Positions 57,222 to 64,000 of a stretch of 64,000 bases of DNA are shown piece by piece. The position numbers were made by a program, and so were the translations under genes. Source of the DNA: an uncultured Armatimonadetes bacterium (GTDB lineage: Bacteria; Armatimonadota; UBA5829; DTJY01); contig OY970325.1 of the NCBI GenBank assembly GCA_963717145.1, positions 2,400,001 through 2,464,000 on the forward strand, read 5' to 3'. The first letter of the stretch is position 1; every line of letters begins with the position of its first letter. The notes under the pieces are model-generated. The model searched no databases, had not been told where the DNA came from, and saw only the letters and a program-made list of their open reading frames with translations.

Positions 57222-57764
57222 TTACTCCTCAACCGCCTCGGGAGTTGTCTCTCCCTGGGTCGCCGGGGTCTCAGCCGTCTCCTCGGCCTTCGTCGCTTTC
57301 TCCGGAGCAGCCTTCGCAGCTCGCTTCGGTGCGGCGGCCTTCGGGGCGGCGGCGACCTCGGTCTTCGCGCGGGCCGGCTTACGACCCTTGCCCTTGCCCT
57401 TGGCCTTCGGAGCGACTTCTTTTCTCAACGCCTCGTCTTCGGAGACGACCACCGTGATGTGGCTCGTTCTCTTAAGGATGTGGAACGCGGTGCCCCTCGC
57501 TCGCGGCTGAATGCGCTTGAGGGATGGTCCCTGATCGACCATTGCGCCCGACAGCCGCAGGATGTCGCGATCCAGGCTGTAGTTGTTCACAGCATTGGCG
57601 ACAGCCGACTCCAAGACCCGCTCGATGTACCGCGCGGCCCTGTTGGGTATGAATTTCAGCGTCGCGAGCGCATCGTTCGCGCTCTTCCCGCGTACTGCGT
57701 CCAGCACGAATCGTGCTTTCCTCGGCGGTACCCGCAGGTAACGACCGACTGCTTTAGCCTCCAT
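57222..57764 (-). CDS. rplV: 50S ribosomal protein L22 with long Ala/Lys/Glu tail
   Basis: PRKAR, SAVANA, PRARG, KRTSHI. Confidence 0.97.
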   Translation of the reverse strand: MEAKAVGRYLRVPPRKARFVLDAVRGKSANDALATLKFIPNRAARYIERVLESAVANAVNNYSLDRDILRLSGAMVDQGPSLKRIQPRARGTAFHILKRTSHITVVVSEDEALRKEVAPKAKGKGKGRKPARAKTEVAAAPKAAAPKRAAKAAPEKATKAEETAETPATQGETTPEAVEE

Positions 57765-57797
57765 TGCATCCTCCAAACCTATGAAGACAGACGGGAC

Positions 57798-58082
57798 CTA
57801 CCTCACAGAGGTCGATCTCTCCGTGTGTCCGCCATGCCCTCTGAACGTCCTGGTTACTGCAAACTCGCCGAGCTTGTGCCCCACCATGTTCTCGGTAATG
57901 AACACGGGCACGTGCTTGCGACCGTCGTGTACCGCGATGGTGTGACCTATCATCATCGGAAAGATCGTCGATCGTCGGGACCATGACTTGATGATCCGCT
58001 TCTCGCCTCTGGCGTTCATATCTTCGATCTTCTGTAGCAACTTCGGCTCAGCGTAGGGTCCCTTTTTTAGTGATCTACCCAC
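57798..58082 (-). CDS. rpsS: 30S ribosomal protein S19
   Basis: [23 protein letters not shown]. Confidence 0.98.
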   Translation of the reverse strand: MGRSLKKGPYAEPKLLQKIEDMNARGEKRIIKSWSRRSTIFPMMIGHTIAVHDGRKHVPVFITENMVGHKLGEFAVTRTFRGHGGHTERSTSVR

Positions 58083-58094
58083 TCAGCATCCTCC

Positions 58095-58919
58095 CTACTG
58101 TCGTTTCTTGACGATGAACTTATCGGTCGTCTTGTTGCGCCTGGTCTTGCGACCCTGGGCAATCTTGCCCCACGGTGTCATCGGACTCTTGCGGCCTACG
58201 GGCGACTTGCCCTCTCCACCACCGTGCGGATGGTCCCTCGGGTTCATGACAACGCCACGAACCGTCGGCCGGATCCCGAGATGTCGTGATCGACCGGCCT
58301 TGCCGAGCGAGATGTTCTCGTGATCGACGTTGCCGACCTGGCCGATGGTGGCTTTGCATGTCTGCAAGACCAGCCGCATTTCACTGGAGGGCAGTCTGAT
58401 CAGGCAGTACTTGCCTTCCTTGGCCATGAGCTGCGCCCCGACGCCGGCGCTTCGTACCATCTGGCCGCCCTTGCCGGGTCTCAGCTCGATGTTGTGAATA
58501 ATCGTACCGGTTGGAATATTGCTCAACGGCAGTACGTTGCCTGGCTTGATGTCCGCGGTTTCGCCGGAGATAACGTTATCGCCCACCTGGAGGCCGAGCG
58601 GCGCGAGGATATACCTCTTCTCGCCGTCGGCGTAATGCAGGAGCGCGATCCTGGCTGACCGGTTGGGATCATACTCGATCGTGGCAACCTTTGCCGGTAT
58701 GTCCGCTTTGTCTCGCTTGAAGTCGATAATCCTATAGAGGCGCTTGTGTCCCCCACCCTTGTGACGACAGGTGACGCGCCCGCTGGCATTCCGCCCGCCT
58801 GTCCTCTTTATGGGTTTTGTTAGCGACTTCTCCGGTTCGCTGGCCGTTAGCTCATCGAAGGCCGAAACCGTGGCGAATCTTCTACCCGGCGAAGTCGGTT
58901 TGAACTTCTTGATTGCCAC
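58095..58919 (-). CDS. rplB: 50S ribosomal protein L2
   Basis: [25 protein letters not shown]. Confidence 0.98.
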   Translation of the reverse strand: MAIKKFKPTSPGRRFATVSAFDELTASEPEKSLTKPIKRTGGRNASGRVTCRHKGGGHKRLYRIIDFKRDKADIPAKVATIEYDPNRSARIALLHYADGEKRYILAPLGLQVGDNVISGETADIKPGNVLPLSNIPTGTIIHNIELRPGKGGQMVRSAGVGAQLMAKEGKYCLIRLPSSEMRLVLQTCKATIGQVGNVDHENISLGKAGRSRHLGIRPTVRGVVMNPRDHPHGGGEGKSPVGRKSPMTPWGKIAQGRKTRRNKTTDKFIVKKRQ

Positions 58920-58924
58920 TAGTG

Positions 58925-59215
58925 TCACATCCCTTCGAATATGTCGAGTTTCTGTCCGGGCTTCAATGTAACGATGGCTTTCTTCCAATTGGAAGTCCGG
59001 CCCTGAGGATAGCGGCCTACCCTCTTTGTCTTGCCTCGGACGTTGAGAGTGTTGACCTTCTCAACACTCACGCTGAAGATCTGCTCGACTGCCTGAGCGA
59101 TCTCAATCTTGTTTGCATCTTTGTTGACCCGGAACGTATACTTCCCGTGCTCCGCGGTTTCAACGCTTTTCTCTGTCACCAGAGGCTGCTCGATGATCTC
59201 GTATGGGCTCTTCAT
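58925..59215 (-). CDS. rplW: 50S ribosomal protein L23
   Basis: [21 protein letters not shown]. Confidence 0.97.
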   Translation of the reverse strand: MKSPYEIIEQPLVTEKSVETAEHGKYTFRVNKDANKIEIAQAVEQIFSVSVEKVNTLNVRGKTKRVGRYPQGRTSNWKKAIVTLKPGQKLDIFEGM

Positions 59216-59838
59216 TTCGCGTGAACCTCCTGGATCTTGGTCAATGCAGCCTTCGTGAGGACTACCTGGTCGGCGTTCAGGAGATCATAGGTCGAGACCG
59301 ACGGCGCAATCCGCGTCTGCACCCAGGGTATGTTCCTGACCGACTTCACGACGATCTCATTCGGCTCACTTAGAATCAGCAGGACCTTTCCCGTCGCACC
59401 GATCTTGACAAGAATCTCGGCCATTCTCTTCGTGCTGATGGCATCGATCTGTAGTTCGTTCATCACGATGAGCGCCTTATCTCCCGCCTTGGACGAGAAT
59501 GCCGACCGAAGCGCGAGCCTTCGCATCTTCTTCGGCAGGTCTACGTCGTGAGTCCGAGGATGCGGACCCAACACGACTCCGCCGTGCCGGAAATGCGGGG
59601 CACGGGTGCTGCCCTGCCTGGCTCGACCGGTGCCTTTCTGGCGATACGGCTTGGCTCCTCCGCCACTCACTTCTGCGCGGGTCAACGTGTCGTGCGTGCC
59701 CCGGCGGAGCTTCGCGAGGTGTGCGATGACGGCCTGATGCATGATCGGCCCGTTTATCTCTACCTCGAACAGCTCCGGCTTAAGAACGGCCGTGCTAACC
59801 TTTGCTCCCTCAGCGTCCAGTACATCTACCCTGGGCAT
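59212..59838 (-). CDS. rplD: 50S ribosomal protein L4
   Basis: [24 protein letters not shown]. Confidence 0.98.
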   Translation of the reverse strand: MPRVDVLDAEGAKVSTAVLKPELFEVEINGPIMHQAVIAHLAKLRRGTHDTLTRAEVSGGGAKPYRQKGTGRARQGSTRAPHFRHGGVVLGPHPRTHDVDLPKKMRRLALRSAFSSKAGDKALIVMNELQIDAISTKRMAEILVKIGATGKVLLILSEPNEIVVKSVRNIPWVQTRIAPSVSTYDLLNADQVVLTKAALTKIQEVHAK

Positions 59839-59865
59839 GGCTTTCCTCCGTATTACATACGAGAC

Positions 59866-59924
59866 AGTAGCCGCAGGCTTCACGCCTGCATGTGCGTGGC
59901 GCAGGCATGAAGCCTGCGACTACT
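59866..59924. repeat. GTAG-type REP doublet between rplC and rplD
   Basis: agtagccgcaggcttcacgcctgc...gcaggcatgaagcctgcgactact. Confidence 0.82.
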
Positions 59925-59929
59925 ATCCA

Positions 59930-60547
59930 CTACATCTTGCTTATGATTACCAGGCCGCCGTTTGCGCCGGGTACTGCGCCCTTGATGAGCAACAGATTCT
60001 TGTCGGTATCCGCTCGGACCACGGTCAGTCCCTGAGTCGTGACCCGCTCGCCGCCCATGCGGCCTGGACGCTTCACACCCTTGAACGTTCGAGCTGCATC
60101 CGTCGCGCCGCCGGACTGCGGCTTGCGGTGGACCATCGAGCCATGTGTCATGTCGCCACCGTGGAAATGCCACCGCTTGACGGCGCCGGCGAAGCCTTTG
60201 CCCTTCGAAGTGCCGGTCACGCTGACCTTGTCCCCGACGGCGAAGACATCCACCTTAACTTCCTGACCCAACTGCATGTCGCCGACATCGTCCGTGCGGA
60301 ACTCTCGCAGACAGCGCTTCGGAGCTACTCCGGCCTTCTTCAAATGTCCCGCGGCCGGCTTGTTAAGCCGCTTCTCTTTGATGTCGCCGAAGCCGACCTG
60401 CACGGCGGTGTAGCCGTCGGTCTTCTCGGTGCGTATCTGTGTAACTACGACGGGGCCTGCCTCGATGACGGTCACAGGAACGACGCTGCCGTCCTCATTG
60501 AAGACATGGGTCATCCCGACCTTCTTGCCGACTATGGAATTGACCAT
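59930..60547 (-). CDS. rplC: 50S ribosomal protein L3
   Basis: GKKVGMT, DGYTAVQ, SKGKGF, THGS. Confidence 0.98.
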   Translation of the reverse strand: MVNSIVGKKVGMTHVFNEDGSVVPVTVIEAGPVVVTQIRTEKTDGYTAVQVGFGDIKEKRLNKPAAGHLKKAGVAPKRCLREFRTDDVGDMQLGQEVKVDVFAVGDKVSVTGTSKGKGFAGAVKRWHFHGGDMTHGSMVHRKPQSGGATDAARTFKGVKRPGRMGGERVTTQGLTVVRADTDKNLLLIKGAVPGANGGLVIISKM

Positions 60548-60670
60548 TTGCTTACTCCTCTATCCCACGCGGATACGGCAGACGACGCCTGCTTGCTCCG
60601 CACTAACCCGAATCGCCGCAGCCACTCTGAGCAGAGCGCAGAATGACCGCGCGGTCCTGCCCGATTCCGG

Positions 60671-60979
60671 CTAGAGCTTGATCTCGATGTCTACGCCACT
60701 CGGCAGATCCAGCCTCATCAGCGCGTCGATGGTCTTCGGACCCGGCTCAAGAATATCGATGAGCCGCTTGTGTGTCCTCATCTCGAAGTGCTCCATCGAT
60801 TCCTTGTCGATGTTCGGCGCTCTGTTCACACAAAAGATGTCCTTCTCGGTCGGCAGTAGCACTGGCCCTGAGATCCGGGCGCCTGTCCGGCGCGCGGTCT
60901 CGACGATCCGCTCTGCAGACTGATCCAGAATCCGATGGTCAAACGCTTTCAGCCGAATCCTGACCTTTTCTCTACGCAT
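60671..60979 (-). CDS. rpsJ: 30S ribosomal protein S10
   Basis: [24 protein letters not shown]. Confidence 0.98.
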   Translation of the reverse strand: MRREKVRIRLKAFDHRILDQSAERIVETARRTGARISGPVLLPTEKDIFCVNRAPNIDKESMEHFEMRTHKRLIDILEPGPKTIDALMRLDLPSGVDIEIKL

Positions 60980-61002
60980 ATAACGGTCCTCCGATAGTAA
61001 CC

Positions 61003-62205
<1,203 letters not shown>

Positions 62206-62258
62206 CTCTTATGCCTCCTTAAAAGCACCTATTACTCCCAGAGGACGCGAACTCGACA

Positions 62259-62287
62259 ATGATACCACATTAGCGAGAGATTGGAAA
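62259..62287 (-). promoter_or_regulatory. Internal tuf promoter candidate
   Basis: TTTCCA-N17-TATCAT with extended -10 TG. Confidence 0.45.
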
Positions 62288-62340
62288 GGCCTCGACAGCA
62301 TAAGCCCTAGCTTGCCGTCTTTCGGCCGTCCTGAACTCTC

Positions 62341-64000
62341 TCAGCGCGAGATGAGCTGTCGCCCCTGGGTTCTAGCAACCAGCTCTTCCGCGACCGATTT
62401 CGGGACCTCCTGGTATTTGGAGGGTTCCATCGTGTATGATGCCCTGCCTTGCGTTAAACTACGCAGTGCAGTGGCGTATCCGAACATCTCTGCAAGCGGC
62501 ACCTCGGCCTTGATCACCTGGGTGCCGCCCTGACCCGGCTCCATGCCGTGAATCTGACCGCGCCTCGAGTTCACGTCACCGATCACGTCGCCCATGAAGT
62601 TATCGGGCGTGACTACTTCGACAGCCATGACCGGCTCCTTGAGCGCCGGACCGGCCTTCTGGAGGGCGGCTTTCACCGCCATCGAACCTGCTATCTTGAA
62701 GGCCATCTCGGACGAGTCCACATCATGGAAAGACCCATCCACCAGAGTGACCTTGACATCTACTACCGGATAACCTGCGAGCAGGCCGGATTCCAGCGCC
62801 TCTTTGATGCCCGCTTCCGCCGGCCCGATAAACTCCTTGGGAATCGCGCCGCCGACGACCGCGTTCTTGAACTCGAATCCGCCGCCGGCCGGAAGGGGAT
62901 CGATCTCGACGACACAATGGCCGTACTGCCCGCGCCCACCGGTCTGTCGGACGAATCGCGCCTCAGCCCTCGCATGGGCGGTGCAGGTCTCCTTGTAAGC
63001 GACCTGGGGCCTCCCGTGGTTGGCCTCGACGTTGAACTCCCGAATGAGGCGGTCAAGGATGATCTCCAGATGGAGTTCGCCCATTCCGGAGACGATGGTC
63101 TGTCCGGTCTCTTCGTCGGTGCGGATGCGGAACGTGGGGTCTTCGGATGAAAGCCTGCCGAGTGCGATGCCGAGCTTATCCTGGTCGGCCTTCGTTTTCG
63201 GCTCTATGGCGATGGAGATAACCGGCTCGGGGAACTGGATCGATTCCAGAACGACCTGGTGCTTCTCATCACAGAGCGTGTCGCCGGTGGAGGTTGCCTG
63301 GAGGCCCACGACCGCGATAATGTCGCCTGCGTGGACTTCCGTCATGTCCTCACGGTGGTTCGCGTGCATCCTGAGGATGCGCCCGATCCGCTCGCGCCGT
63401 CCACTCTTGGCGTTAAAAACGTATGATCCCTTCTTGAGGGTCCCTGAATAAGATCTCAGGAAGGTGACCCTGCCGACATACGGGTCGGTCATGATCTTGA
63501 AGGCGAGTGCCGCGAACGGCTCATCGTCTGATGGGGCTCTGGTGACCACTTCACCGTTCTTCGGGTTGATGCCGGCGACGGCATCGACATCGAGTGGGGA
63601 CGGCAGATAATCGATGATGGCGTCCATGAGCGGCTGGACTCCCTTGTTCTTGAAGGCAGATCCGCAGAGGACGGGAACGATCTTGCCGGAAATGGTGCCC
63701 TGCCTGATGGCCGCGCTGATCTCGTCGGCAGTGACTTTCTCGCCTTCGAGGTACTTCTCCATGAGTTCTTCGTCGACGTCGGCCAACGCTTCGATCATGG
63801 CCTCTCTGTACTCGAGCGCGCTGTTCAGCACGTCTGCGGGCACATCGGCTTGATAGCTCTCAGCGCCGAGGTCATCGTCATTGTAGATGGTGGCTCTCAT
63901 GTGGATCAGGTCGACGAATCCCTTGAAGGCGCTTTCCGATCCGATCGGGACCTGCAGCGGCACTGCCTTAACGCCGAGCCGCTCTCTCATGCGCTCAACG
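62341..64000 (-). CDS. fusA: Elongation factor G (canonical), N-terminus outside window
   Basis: [39 protein letters not shown]; directly upstream of tuf. Confidence 0.97.
   Translation of the reverse strand, partial: VERMRERLGVKAVPLQVPIGSESAFKGFVDLIHMRATIYNDDDLGAESYQADVPADVLNSALEYREAMIEALADVDEELMEKYLEGEKVTADEISAAIRQGTISGKIVPVLCGSAFKNKGVQPLMDAIIDYLPSPLDVDAVAGINPKNGEVVTRAPSDDEPFAALAFKIMTDPYVGRVTFLRSYSGTLKKGSYVFNAKSGRRERIGRILRMHANHREDMTEVHAGDIIAVVGLQATSTGDTLCDEKHQVVLESIQFPEPVISIAIEPKTKADQDKLGIALGRLSSEDPTFRIRTDEETGQTIVSGMGELHLEIILDRLIREFNVEANHGRPQVAYKETCTAHARAEARFVRQTGGRGQYGHCVVEIDPLPAGGGFEFKNAVVGGAIPKEFIGPAEAGIKEALESGLLAGYPVVDVKVTLVDGSFHDVDSSEMAFKIAGSMAVKAALQKAGPALKEPVMAVEVVTPDNFMGDVIGDVNSRRGQIHGMEPGQGGTQVIKAEVPLAEMFGYATALRSLTQGRASYTMEPSKYQEVPKSVAEELVARTQGRQLISR

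Noticed and set aside
45212-57986. Long antisense ORFs (e.g. 45212-46981, 52402-54198, 56358-57986; also 3244-4872, 26115-27677)
   Set aside because: Shadow frames of well-supported genes, expected in GC-rich DNA.

Overview
GC-rich bacterial chromosome segment. The overall protein style suggests Armatimonadota or a related terrabacterial lineage, but this is an unverified impression. 1-31 kb is accessory and metabolic: the end of a sugar ABC operon, a small orphan island, a GH38-like hydrolase, a DUF1998 helicase, tatC, an oxidoreductase, a PrsA-like foldase, ribokinase, a GxxExxY-nuclease island, an uncharacterised (alpha/alpha)-barrel-like protein, a KdpD/KdpE-like pair with a KimA-type transporter, an HtrA plus pseudoprotease pair, and STAS plus PP2C. 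31-40 kb is an arginine biosynthesis cluster (argJ-B-D-[ClpN]-[ClpN-argF]-G-H). 41-64 kb is the str/S10/spc/alpha ribosomal supercluster on the minus strand. Main oddities: (1) a GxxExxY PD-(D/E)xK nuclease gene bracketed by two oppositely oriented tandem arrays of homologous 135-bp and 98-bp units, with terminal inverted repeats; (2) two Clp N-terminal-domain modules inside the arg operon, one fused in frame to ornithine carbamoyltransferase; (3) a promoter/leader/terminator attenuator candidate before argD; (4) an EF-G paralogue inserted between rplE and rpsN; (5) many distinct REP-like palindrome families, two of them translated in frame inside proteins; (6) a 21-bp-periodic tract before an orphan DYIP-type gene. 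Single-base frameshifts in kdpD, argG and probably rpsE suggest consensus indel errors. All calls come from reading the sequence; no searches were run.
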